From Mobula hypostoma (Eukaryota), in the NCBI RefSeq assembly GCF_963921235.1, contig NC_086108.1, positions 32,924,001-32,988,000 on the forward strand: a stretch of 64,000 nt of DNA, written 5' to 3'. Below the pieces are notes generated by a model, which made no database searches, was not told where the DNA came from, and saw nothing but the letters and a program-made list of their open reading frames with translations. The position numbers and the translations under genes were made by a program. This document shows positions 1 through 12,032 of the stretch, piece by piece (the stretch's first letter is position 1; every line of letters begins with the position of its first letter).

Positions 1-2200
1 GTTGTTTTATCTCTGCCATGGAGGTGCGTGAGAGATTACATTTAAATATATTCTCGTCCTATGGTTATTTTGGACTAAAGGAAACCGCTTTTTTACTTAG
101 CGGGTCAAGCCGGCAGAAAACAGCAATCCGTTGCAATTAATCCAATGGCCGGAAAAGTTTAATTTAGCATATGAATATCGGAGCAACATATAATTACCGA
201 TTTGATTATACAGGAACGATGCGATTCTTTCCTAACGCGAACGAGGAACTGGCCGTGCATAAGGGGGCGCCGCTCTATAGCGTAATCCCTGGGAATCCTG
301 ATCCAGTGGGAAACCATTCTCTTGATCCCTGCTTTACTGGGATCACCAGCCTATTGAGTCCCAGGAGAAGCAAAACAAAAAAAGCATTTATTTTCGCAAC
401 TGATCGCATTCATCTTCGGCAACACAGCAATGGACAGCGTGCGGTAAGAGCAGACAATGAAGGGAGCTTCCAGTAGCCGGGTAAATCTGCCATGCATAAT
501 TGCAAGAAAAAGAAAAGAATGGGTTTATATTTCTGATGTCTGGCGATCGATTCATTTCTGTTTCAACGAAGGTCTGGACCCCAGAGTTTCTTAGCCGCTA
601 CCTATGAGGACAGGAGAAAGACTGCGTTATTCCATGTGGTTCGAAAACAAATGCAGACTATGCTGGAACCAGTGGCTACAGCCCGCTTCCTCTGCTCCCA
701 GTGCTACTATATTTCAGCGGAAAGCCAGCATATCCTCTCGTTCCTCTTATCTTTTTGCCAATATGCTGCCTCGTCTTCCTGCTGCTTCCTGCCGTTTGTG
801 ACATGACAATAAGGAGGAGGAAAAAATTTTGAAAAGGGACTAGCCTGGAACGAATGACGAATTCAAACAGAAAATCAAATCCGAAGACAAACGACAGTGT
901 CTAAATTACCGCGTCCGGCAAGATCGACTCGTGCCAGTGCTGAATATTGCCCAGCCTCTATTTCCCAACCCTTTGCTTTTTATAAACTATATATAAATCT
1001 CTTCATATAGTTTAACCCTGGAACGATGGGCTGCATTCAGAGTATAACTTGTAAATCAAGAATACGGCGAGAGAATATTGTGGTGTATGACGTTTCTGCA
1101 ACGATTGATCAATGCCCAACTATAATAGAAGAAAATTCCCCTATTGTTTTACGGTACAAGACACCATACTTCAAGGCGTCCGCTCGGGTGGTGATGCCTC
1201 CCATCCCTAGGAATGAAACATGGGTGGTTGGATGGATTCAAGCTTGCAACCAAATGGAATTTTTCAACACTTACAGCGACCTCGGAATGTAAGGGAATTT
1301 AACATGGTATAGTATATGAAATGCACCGCCGTTCAGTTCTGCAATGTGCCGTGTTACCATCATAAGAGTCACAGTGGGGTCGCAAAATGACCATTTCAAA
1401 ACAGAAAACACCACCGCCGGTAAATGGATTTTAGTGTACAGAATTTACGTGTTGCCTCATTTTATTTTAAGTAAACTTGCGCGGCTGTTGTGTTAATTGT
1501 TCAATAGGGCTGTGGTGTTATAGATTTAATAAGCTGAATTACTGTGGAAGACTGAGGACTGTGTGTAATTCTTCGACAGCATGATGCGGGAATAGTGAAA
1601 ATGTGGTTTCTGTGCCGGGTTTACATTAATTTCATCCAGTAGGGCAGATAAATCGTTCCTGTTGTTTATTTTCTTGCCGCGAAACGCGTATCTATGTTTA
1701 CATTTAGTGATCGAAGTGTTACTGTGTGTGGCTTGGTGCAACGGAACGGTTAATTTCCGTGCAGACTGACACATTCAGACTAAACATTGCTTACCTGCCC
1801 ACGTTTCTTTCTAGGGAATGGAGTCAGTCCTGAGAGGCGGTTACTGCAATTGGATTAGATGTCTACCACGCAAACTATTAGGTTTATGTTTAAATAAACA
1901 AGACAATGTGCATATTTAAATAGATTTATTAATAACCTCTCATAATTTCAAATCAGTTCCAGAGATTCAAGTTAAACTTAAGCCGGGAATGATCGACTGA
2001 TCATTAATCACCTAAGATGGGTATAAAATCAAATGCATCCTTATATTTAAACTCCAGGAAAAGTAGAACATTGTATGACGAACTTCTGCAGTCTCTTTTA
2101 TCGTGATGAAACGCTAGCTCTTCACTCTGCAAATAACTTGTGCTAGGTTTCCATTGAATTTCGCTTGTTAGACACTGGAAACGCGGATTGTGTCTGTTTG
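1..2200. promoter_or_regulatory. CpG-enriched 5' region (likely unmethylated promoter/first-exon island) of FAM78B
   Basis: CG dinucleotides are visibly much more frequent here than in the rest of the window, no repeats are recognisable, and the region surrounds coding exon 1. The TSS cannot be identified. Confidence 0.45.
1026..1288 (+). CDS. FAM78B: FAM78B coding exon 1
   Basis: MGCIQSITCKSRIRRENIVVYDVSATIDQCPT...WIQACNQMEFFNTYSDLG matches the vertebrate FAM78B N-terminus as I recall it. The exon ends AT|gtaagg (phase-2 GT donor at 1289-1290). Confidence 0.96.
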
Positions 2201-4264
2201 GAAACAGACAGTAAAACTGGAGCTTGAAAATTCTGCCTTTATACCTAAACAGGTAATAACTACATATGCCTGAGGTATTCTGCTTTTTTTTAAAAGACCT
2301 TTTCACCAACTACACCATGCACTTCCAAGACCCTATAAAATTGCTACTTCAAACTCAGATCTATTAACTATACTTTAATTTTGCCCAGCGTTACCCTAAA
2401 TCACAAATTTGAAGGAAAGAAGCCCCTTTAGAGAGTTTGCGCTCTCTTTTTATTGGAACGTGGGGTTTCATGTCTTTGAAAATATCTTTAAAGATAGCGT
2501 CACCAAGCTATATTGGCAGGGATCCCTACTGAAAATAATCAAGTATGGGCAGACCTGGAGACTGTATAGGGAAAAGGGGATTTTAGTGAGTGAATCTTGT
2601 GCAGAAAATCCCACTTGGAACTGGATGATAAGCAAGAGTTCAGCAGGCTCATAACGTGGAACAATTCCAAGTGCTTCACATAGCAGAGACAGTTATATGA
2701 TATAGATAGATTGCTGTTGTTTTATGTCATCATATTGTCCTTGTGAGGAAGATTCCTTAAAGTGTTGTCCTTCACATCTTCATGCTTACCAAGCACCTAT
2801 CTGTTCTCAGCAACAAAGCAAATCAAATAAAGCTGAAAATGAAAGATGCTTAATTTCATGGGGTTGTTGAGATCAACCAACTGGATCAATTTACTTCAGT
2901 GGCCCAAATGTTAATAAATTACAGCTGTCAACAGCTTGTTTTTTTTTTGTTCATGGTATGTGGCATTTAATGTTCATCTCTAATAGTCTGATTAGGCAGC
3001 TACATTGGTGGGCATGGGATCACACATTGAGCAGGTAGGGATGTAGATTTCCGTTCATACATCAAGGTGAAGTTGATCGGTTTTCGGGATGTTTATTTTA
3101 AATTCCAAAGTTATTTAAAATAAATTCCCCAGCTTTGATGTGGGGATTTCAGCATATTTCTCTACCAATGATCTAAGGTCTTAGTCCAGTAAGACCTTAA
3201 TCATTGTGCCTTCATGATGTATATAGATAGAGACTTTTAAAGAAACAAGCCCGTCACCTGGGATTCATTGGAGCCTTTATCAAGCTGGTTACCCGGCCAC
3301 ATGAATAGATATTTTGAACAAGGGAGAGGCAGAAAAGTCTGGGGAATGGATATTGAATTTTTTCCGACATAGCTGAAGGAGAGACAAGATGATGAAAGCT
3401 AAGGAGATGGGAAACTGAGGATGAATATTCTGGGAGAGTTCATAAAGCTAGAGAAGCTTTCAAAGATACAGAAGAATGGGCAGCAATTAACTTTAAATAG
3501 TAAGATGTAAGATATTTGTTGTACAGATTGGATAATGTCCTTTATAAATGAACTCATTATCACCTCCTCATTTTTGTTTTCCAGAAGTTGTCTGGTAGAT
3601 AGCATCCCTTCCCTCACCACTTCACTTCCCTGCAACGCCCTAAAACTACGACTTTATGAAACCCCTTCCAATGGTTGAAAGATTTAATTAACTTCTTTTT
3701 ATTCTGTCATTCAACTGGTTGTTTGTGACTTTTTTTGTAAATTATCTATTGGATAGAGTGTGTCATTACAGTTCGAAGTCTAGTAATAACCAATCTGTAA
3801 CCACATGTGTTTCTGTAGTTACCTCTTAAGGAAGGATGGACATCCCTTGGGATTTAACTTTCTACTTACATGGATTGAAAATAGCTTGTAGCAATTTTGT
3901 GCAGAAGGGGAAAACTCAGTTTAGCAAATATATCCCACAGAATTTTCCAGTTTAATAAAAGCTTGTTTCTTTGTTATCCTCTCTCAATATACTGTATAGG
4001 GGCATTATACTATTCAGTAGGTCTTCTACACTGACAACATAAAAGATACAAAATAACTGATCGTTCAGGATTGGTAGGTCGATATTTCAGGATCAAGAAT
4101 CAATACACAGGAAACAACCAACAAACCATTTGGTGCATTAGACTTCCTTAATAAAAATAAGTTAATCAATGCTAAACATCAATGTATTCACCCTGAACTG
4201 TTGTGCTTCCTACGAAGAGGCAGGTGCAGCTGCAATGCTAACCATGCACTGTTTCACTTTATTG

Positions 4265-6117
4265 AGAGTATGGTATCCCAGTCACCTGTATGAATGAATG
4301 TGTGCCTTCGAGAACATACTGGATATACCCAAACCAAAAGCCATAAGATGCACCAGGAGATATGAAGTCTGCTGAAGACTAGATCGTGGCATTCAAGACC
4401 AGTGAATCAGACTATACAAGAAGTCCGGGTGGAAGACTATTTTAAGAGTGAGAAAACAATCCAGTTGGGGTTAGAGATGGAATTCGATGCACATCAGCTC
4501 TGGCAGGGTTTGCAGGCCACTGCTTCCTACAAAGTGGAACCTAACATCACTAACAACTGTGATGCTTCACTCCCTGAGGAGCTCAATATGTCTGAGTTGA
4601 AACAGAGAATAAAACTACACCTGTGCGAATCTCTGTTGCATCTGGTGACCTTGTGATCTCTGTCTTGGAGGCCAACGTCAGAACATCTTTCAAGTGGGAG
4701 AACCCTTTCAAGGCATCAGGCGCTGATGGTATGCCTGGTAGGGCTCTGAAAACCGGTGCCAACCATCTGGTGGCTGTGTTCAAGGACACTGAAGCAGTCG
4801 GAGAATCCCACATGCTTCAAAGGAGCAACAATCATACCGGTGCTTAAGAAGAGCAGGGTGAGTTGCGTCAATGATTATCACCCATGTGGCACTCATCTAT
4901 GGTGACAAAGTCCTTTAAGAGCTTGGTCATGGCTAGAATCAACCCCTGCCTAAGCAAGGACTTGGACCTGTTGCAACTTGCCTATTTCCTCAGTAGGTCT
5001 ATAGCAGATGCAATCTATCTGGCTCTCCACTTGGTTTTGGATCACCTGAACAATAGTAATACTTGCATCAGGCTGCTGCTTATTGACTACAGCTCAGCAT
5101 TCAACATGATTGTACCCTCAGGTCTAATGAATATGCTCCAAAAACTGGGCCTCTGCACCTCCCTTTGCAACTGGATCATTGTCTTCTTCATCGGGAGAGC
5201 ACAGTCTGTGTGGGTAGGAAATATCATCTCCTCCTCTCTATGGTGCACTTCAGGAGTGTGTGTTTAGCCCACTGCTCTACTCTCTCTACACCCATGACTG
5301 TGTGGCTAATCACAGCTCAAATGCATTTTCTAATGACACAACTATATTTGTCAGAATTTCAGATGGTGACAAATAGGAGCAAGATTGTTCAGTTGGTTGA
5401 GTGGTGTTGAAACAATAACCTTGTATTCAACATCAGTAAGACCAAGAAATTAATTCTGGACTTCAGGAAAGAGGATTCTAGGGAACACTCAGCAATCCTC
5501 ATCAAGGGAGTGGAAGTGGAATAGATGAGCAGCTTCAAGTTCCCGGGTGTCAACATCTCTGAAGATCTATCCTGGGCCCAACATATTGATGCAATTACAA
5601 AGAAGGCTGGACAGAGACTATATTTCATTAGAGGCTTCAGAAGAATTGGTATGTCACCAATGCTCTCGTAAATTTCAACAGGTGTACAATGGAGAGTATG
5701 CTAACTGGTTGTATCAGTTTGGAGAAACCAATGCACAGGATCAGAAAAAGCTGCTGGAAGTTGTAAACTCAGCCAGTTCCATCATGGGCCCTAGCCTCCC
5801 CAGCATCGAGGACACCTTCAAAAATCAGCATCCATCTTTATGGGCTCCCATCACGCAGGACATTGCTCTTCACATTGCTACCATCAAGGAAGAGGTAGAG
5901 GAGCCTGTTACACACACCCAGTGTTTCAGGATCAGCTCCTTTCACTCTGCAATTAGATTTCTGAATTGACAATGAACTAACGAACACTACCTCACTATTT
6001 TTCCCTCTTATGTATTTATTCTAAATGTTAGTTTTTATTATTATATATTGCAGCGCACACTGCTGCCGCAAAATGACAAATTTCACAACATATGCCAGTG
6101 ATATTAAATCTGATTCA
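4265..6117 (+). mobile_element. 5'-truncated, decayed Rex1/Babar-clade LINE in the FAM78B intron
   Basis: Frameshifted RT fragments (HLNNSNTCIRLLLIDYSSAFNMIVP; CFRISSFHSAIRFLN C-terminus), then an AT-rich 3'UTR ending ...gatattaaatctgattc. Confidence 0.85.
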
Positions 6118-6344
6118 GGTGAATCCCTTCCACCCACTTCTCTGCGATTTACAATGGAAACCTTCTCCTGGCCATTAGTGCCAATAACATTCTACAGCTA
6201 CCTAATGCAATTACAAAGAAGAATTGACAGAGCCTTGGAAAGATTACGCATCATTCAATCAATGTCAGAAAGCATTTGCTTAAATTAAACATTTGTTCAA
6301 TGGAGACCCTCTTATCACCAGCTTCAGTGTCCTAGATCACAGTC

Positions 6345-6460
6345 ATAACAATGCAGAGAAGGCAGAAAAATAGAGTTGAAAAGGAAACTAAATCAGCCGT
6401 GATTTGGTGGGCTGAAGGACATAATTCTGAACCCATGTCCTATGGTCTTAGGGTCTTATT
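6345..6460 (+). mobile_element. CR1 LINE 3'-end fragment
   Basis: Resembles the CR1 ends at 42200-42352 and 56400-56540, with a tatggtct-type tail. Confidence 0.6.
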
Positions 6461-9451
6461 TGTCCAGTGCTGTCAATTACTGATACTTTTTTTTTGAAAA
6501 GTGAAAATATCCACCTGGAGAGCATTGTGCATGAGGATGCTGGGTGACACAGTTTATTGCTGGTGTCTCAGGTTGGCTCCTCAGTGGGATAATGTTAGAT
6601 GAATGAATAAGGACCTAAGTCAGATCCCGTACAACAAACGTCACTTTAACATGCTACCATGCCAGCGAGGTTAGCAGTCCATTTGGTGTCATTATGCCCC
6701 TTTCCTCTCGCCTTTGCCACTTCTCCCACCACCCGTGAATCTTCCAGGAAGGATCAAGTTACTAAAGTGACATACTTTATGCAGCGGTGAAGCATTTTCG
6801 TATCAGTGTCGGCATGTTTCACCTCTTGTACAACGGAGATTTGTTCACAGATACATCATCACCACTGGCCTTCACAACAGACAGATGGAATTCCTTCATC
6901 TGACAACCCAATCAAAGTCCCTGCAAATCAGATGCTCTGAGGAGCAACCTCACTATATCAAGACAGCAGTTTTTATTGCACAGTGATTTATTCAAACATT
7001 CATTGGAGTTAAGGCTTACTCGTGTTTTTGCTGAACTTATGGTTTTTAGCAGAGAGGAAATGGAGGTCAAGTTGAAAGGCCCCATGAAAATGTTTTCACT
7101 GCATCAATAAAAAGTGCCTTTAATCAAATAAAGTGTCTTATTGAAGGAACAGAAAGTGGAGAGATGTAATTGCATCTAAAGTACCTAAATTTGGGAACTG
7201 TTCTGTTTCTTGCATTGATTCAACTTGTGAAAGGACAGCATAGGAGAGCTTCTGTTATAATTTAACTTTTCCAAATAGATATTTATCATACTGAACCTTA
7301 TGAGTTCAGTTATGTTTATTGTAGCAAAATCTGTATTAAATCCCCTTCTTCATCTCCACCTTAAAAAGTATAGTAAGATATTATGCTATTATCGCGACGT
7401 ACTTCAATGCTCAAACAGCATGCGACCATTTTTCCCTTCCACTTTATTGCTGTTAGTTAACATAAGATGTCAATATCTACCTTGTCATTTTCTCTTAAAA
7501 TCAATAATACATTGAAGTGGGGAGAGAAGAAGAAGCTTGGCAATTACTGTGTTCAGTGGGTGTATACTTATTTTCTACTGCCAGAGAGTCTTCCACAGCC
7601 TTTACGTCAAATTGGGGGAATGCTGTCATTTCTTTATACTTCAAGAGCAGTAAAACCCCATAGCAGCCTAATGTTGTAACTCTATATACTTAATTTGTAA
7701 GTCACAGTTTATATTCTGATATGTTTTCTCCAGGCTTTATTATTTCTTTCTGTGCCATGCACTAACTGCAGTGATGAGGAAATGATATGTTATTGTTCCG
7801 ATGTGAATGGAGGATTTTCCTAGAGAAGAAATCACCTTCCTTTTTTGTGAGAGGTGACTAGCCTTTGTATGTTGCAATATTCTGGGGGCGGCTACCAATT
7901 TTAGAGTTACCCAAATGAGACAGAACTGATTGGAATTTACTTCTCTCCTATCACCTTCTCATATGTCTTATGTTAATTCAGCTCCATGAATATATGCCAG
8001 ATTTCAGTGCTTTCCTGATCAGCCATGTCTCCCCAGTTATTCTCTCCACATTGCCCATCTGCCCAGTATCATGACTGAGACCCAGTTGGAGCTAGCTGCA
8101 GAAATCTGGGTGCAGGAGTTCGCACTTCTGCTCATGGTCCATGTGGATTTCAAAATCTATTAAAATTCATGACTGCAAAACAGTGCTGTTTACAATCAGA
8201 GACTACTGTCCTTAGATATCAAATCCTCAAATATGCTGCAGCCTGAGGAACATATCTATTCAGCGGGCCAAAATTATACAATACTCATACAATTTGCCTT
8301 CCTTCCATAGTGACTGTATAGCCTTATATGCTTTCATATCTTTCTTTGAAAAAACATGTTTTCTAATCATTTGTGCCATTCTTTTCACTTTTATAAAGTT
8401 TACAATGGTCAGATATATACACTTTGCAAAGATTTCTGATTAAGAGATACATTTATCATCTGCTACTGAAATCACCCCCATACGTTTGATAATTTTATAC
8501 AGTTGTATGACTCTTATAAATCTATACATTTTGAACTGCTGCACATGTAGGTTCTTCACCAATGATGTTTGTGGTTTGAACTACAAGTTCTTAAGTTCTG
8601 GAAATTCATCCCAAAACTCCCTTCCTCAACCTTCATCTTTAAAGTGTAGCTAGAAGCCATTGGCCATGCAACATTTAGTTGTTTTCATGTCTTCCACTAT
8701 GGCTTGGTGCCAGTTTGTTTAATGTTCTCATTTGAAACAATATAGGAAGTGTTCCTACCTTAAAGAATTTTTATAAATTGCTATCATTGGAAGTGAGCCT
8801 TCTAATTCAACAGAATGCTAATACTGTCGAATTGTACAATCTTCAGTTTGGCATTGCTTATTAGCACAGATTCATGCAGAGTAAATACTGCCAGTAATAT
8901 AGCTTCAGAATTGCCTGTTCTCAGTCAAGGCAGCTAAAACATGCCATAAAATACCGCTCCATTTTCCATACTTGCTCTGCTTCACATCCCAGCTGTTAAT
9001 GTAATGCAACAATTGGTAACTATAGAGTGCTTTTACGGTCTTACATTTACTATAGCTGAAACTGGATAGTTAAAATAATTAAAAGTGTTAAAACTGAAGC
9101 TCCTGTGGGCTAGTTTGCTGTATGAAACAATCCTATCAAATATATTAATTTGAATAATGATGTCATCTCAAATATTTTCCCAAGGGCACTTTGCTTCAAA
9201 ATCTTAAATATTCTAAAAATATAATATTTATTTTGATTCCTAAACATACTTTATGCAAATCTTACTATGGTTTTAGGTTTGTATTTTAGAAAAAAATATA
9301 GAAAACCTACAGCACAATACAGGGCCTTTGGCCCACTGTATTTTTATGACAGTAATTTTGCAATTTTACTTGTAAACTACAAAGTATTTCTTGGTCAGTA
9401 CAGGAAAGGGATGAGTCTATCAGATAGTGTTCAATATTTTTTGATCTCGAT

Positions 9452-9532
9452 CAGGGATTTCCAACCTTTTTTACGCCCTGGATCAATACCATTAAGCAAA
9501 GGGTCAGTGAACCCCAGGTTGGGAACCCCTTG
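9452..9532. mobile_element. ~80-bp hAT/Charlie-like MITE
   Basis: Terminal inverted repeats cagggatttccaacct ... aggttgggaacccct(t)g. The 8-bp TSD is only partly recognisable. Confidence 0.7.
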
Positions 9533-10916
9533 GACCAGATGATGGTTAAGAGCTTCAATCATCGTCCATTTGCTTCAGGTCGGCTTTGCTTGAAAAGACT
9601 TAATCACCATCTTGAGTCTCTGCAGTCTGTGTAAAGGATATACTCCCACACTGTTGCTGGTGAGAGATCCCAAGTTCATATCCACTAATGATCAAGTCAA
9701 CACTTGTGTGATTTGTAGAGGCGTTTGCAAGTAGTGGCTTTTTCATGCATCTATTGCCTTTGTTCTTCAAGGTAGATGCATTACAGAAAGTTGACATTGA
9801 ATCTATTGTTGACACATTGGGAATTTTTTAAACCACTGGCATTTCTCTCATATAATTTCTATTTAAACAAAGCAGAGTCTGATTATATTTGCATGTTTTC
9901 TGTTTGTTTCTCTAAAACATATTATTTGGAATATTCTTGCTGATGAAATACTAATATGATGAGACCTGACAAACTCATTTACTCCACCATACTCCAAAGT
10001 AAGGCCCTTTTCAAACTATAGCCTACAGTGAGCTACATTGCCACCACAACAATCTTCAGTTAACATCCTTAATGAGTTTCAAGACACTTCACAGAACTAT
10101 AAAAATATACAAATGAACATAAAGCCAAAGGAGGAGACAATGTGTAAAATGCCCAGTGGGTCAAGGGGCAGAGTGTACAGAATCTCTTAAGGAAAAAAAG
10201 TGGGGAATGGTGGAGGTATCTGCGTAACAAACCACATAAAGTTAACCATTCAGATAGAGAAAAGTAGAGCATTCAACATGGGATAAAAGGAATTAAAGGA
10301 TATCCTAGAAGCAATAATTGGAGCTCACAGATATTCAGGAAGGTTTCTGAGCTGAAAAAGAGTACAGAGCTGGGATAATATGATGACCATTCCTTAGGTA
10401 GTTTAGATGCAACAGTTGACTGGCGGAATTAATTTATATTTGCATTCAAATTATCTTCTTCATGGAGTAGAACAAGGACTGCTGCAAATAATATTTATTG
10501 ATGGACAAGATAATAAATTATACATTTTTCATCTGTCGGTGGTACTGTTATTAAAAAACTTGCCTTGCTACTCAGCATTTTTAAAAGTAAAATTAAGAAT
10601 TCTGATCAAGAAACACAATTTGATTCCCTAACTGCAACAACATATGGGCAATAATACCTGGGAAGCTATTATCTGATAGACAAATGTTGGGAAAACTCAG
10701 TAGGTCTAATAGTATCTGCAGAGAAAAAACAGTTGCTATTTCAGATTGAAGAGCTTTGAAAATGGTCACTCACCTCATGTGAGAATTCTTTTTTTTCTCT
10801 CCACAGATACTTCCAACATTTTCTGTTAATTCATCAATTGTCTTTTCTTAGTTTCAACTGAATTAATCTGTATGAATCAGTATAATCACTTGGCAGGATT
10901 ATTATAGTTAAAATGT

Positions 10917-11078
10917 AAACACAAGAGATTCTGCTGATGCTGGAAATGTTGAGCAACACACACAGAATGCAGGAGAAACTCAGCAGGTCAGGCGGCATCC
11001 ATGAATTGGAATAAAGTTTCAGACCGAGGCTCTTGATGAAGGGTCTCATCCGAAGCATCAACTATTTACTTCCCACAG
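10917..11078. mobile_element. Inverted (head-to-head) pair of Penelope-like terminal repeats with a degenerate hammerhead motif
   Basis: 10917-11030 is the reverse complement of the terminus at 38620-38740. 11031-11078 is the same terminus in the forward orientation (ttgatga-agggtctcatcc-gaagc-atc). Confidence 0.75.
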
Positions 11079-11509
11079 TTGAAGGCCACATTTCTTCAAT
11101 GCTTCCCAGCCATTTAACAAGATGTCATCGATCTTCTTCAGCTCCACTTTCTCACCTTATACCCATATGCCTGGATTCTCCTAGTTTCCAAACATCTATT
11201 GGAAATTAATTAATTGTGAAGAATCAATATACCCCTGGCAGTGGATCTCGATGATCCACATCTTATCTACAGTCTAAATATAACTCTCCTTTGAATTCCA
11301 TCTCATTATTCCAGTAAAAGCAATTGTCCACTGAATTCAGTCCTGCAATATCCAAACTTTCTGCCATAATAACCAATTATGTTTAGACTGTTTATATCAT
11401 TTAAAATGTTGACTTTACATTTGGTCGATTACATTGGTCTGAGAAAATTCTTGTTGAGTGAATGCCTCTTGTTTACAAATAATGCTCACTTAAACTTATC
11501 TTTATCCAG

Positions 11510-12032
11510 GTCCAGCTGGGAACTTCCTGACCTGCGGGAAGGAAGGGTTAAAGCTATCAGTGATTCTGATGGAGTGAGCTATCCATGGTACGGCAATACG
11601 ACAGAAACAGTGACACTGGTTGGCCCTATAAACAGGGTGTCCCGGTTCTCAGTCAGTATGAATGATAATTTTTACCCAAGTGTGACATGGGCGGTTCCTG
11701 TGAGTGAAAGCAATGTGTCACAACTAACCAGGATTAAAAGAGACCAAAGTTTTACCACTTGGCTGGTAGCCATGAACACGGTCAGCAAAGAAAAGATTAT
11801 ACTTCAGACAATCAAATGGAGAATGCGTGTTGACATAGAGGTTGACCCCACAAACCCATTAGGATACCGTGCAAAGCTTGTCGGAAGGACACAGCAGGAA
11901 CAGCCTCGGATATTAGCTAGGATGGAGCCGATGCCTCCAAATGCCTTGGTGAAACCCAATGCAAACGATGCCCAGGTTTTAATGTGGAGACCTAAACGTG
12001 GTATACCTCTAGTTGTCATACCTCCAAAATAA
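11510..12032 (+). CDS. FAM78B: FAM78B coding exon 2
   Basis: SSWELPDLREGRVKAISDSDGVSYPWYGNTTE...NDAQVLMWRPKRGIPLVVIPPK then TAA (12030-12032) followed by a second TAA. Joined CDS is 263+523=786 nt, i.e. 261 aa plus stop. Confidence 0.96.

Larger units (their letters stand above)
1289..11509 (+). other. FAM78B: FAM78B intron (10,221 bp, GT-AG, phase 2)
   Basis: Donor gtaagg at 1289. Acceptor cttatctttatccag ends at 11509, with a candidate branch site ctcac at 11485-11489. Splicing recreates the ATG in DLGM-SSWELP. Confidence 0.93.

Noticed and set aside
171..801. 101-aa and 65-aa ORFs as separate genes
   Set aside because: No recognisable homology or domains. At most they are upstream ORFs.
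1026..1292. 88-aa ORF as a complete small protein
   Set aside because: The TAA lies inside the GT donor (AT|gtaa). It is exon 1 of FAM78B.
11379..11509. N-terminal extension of the 217-aa ORF (MFRLFISF...)
   Set aside because: It is intronic read-through upstream of a canonical acceptor. FAM78B similarity starts at 11510.
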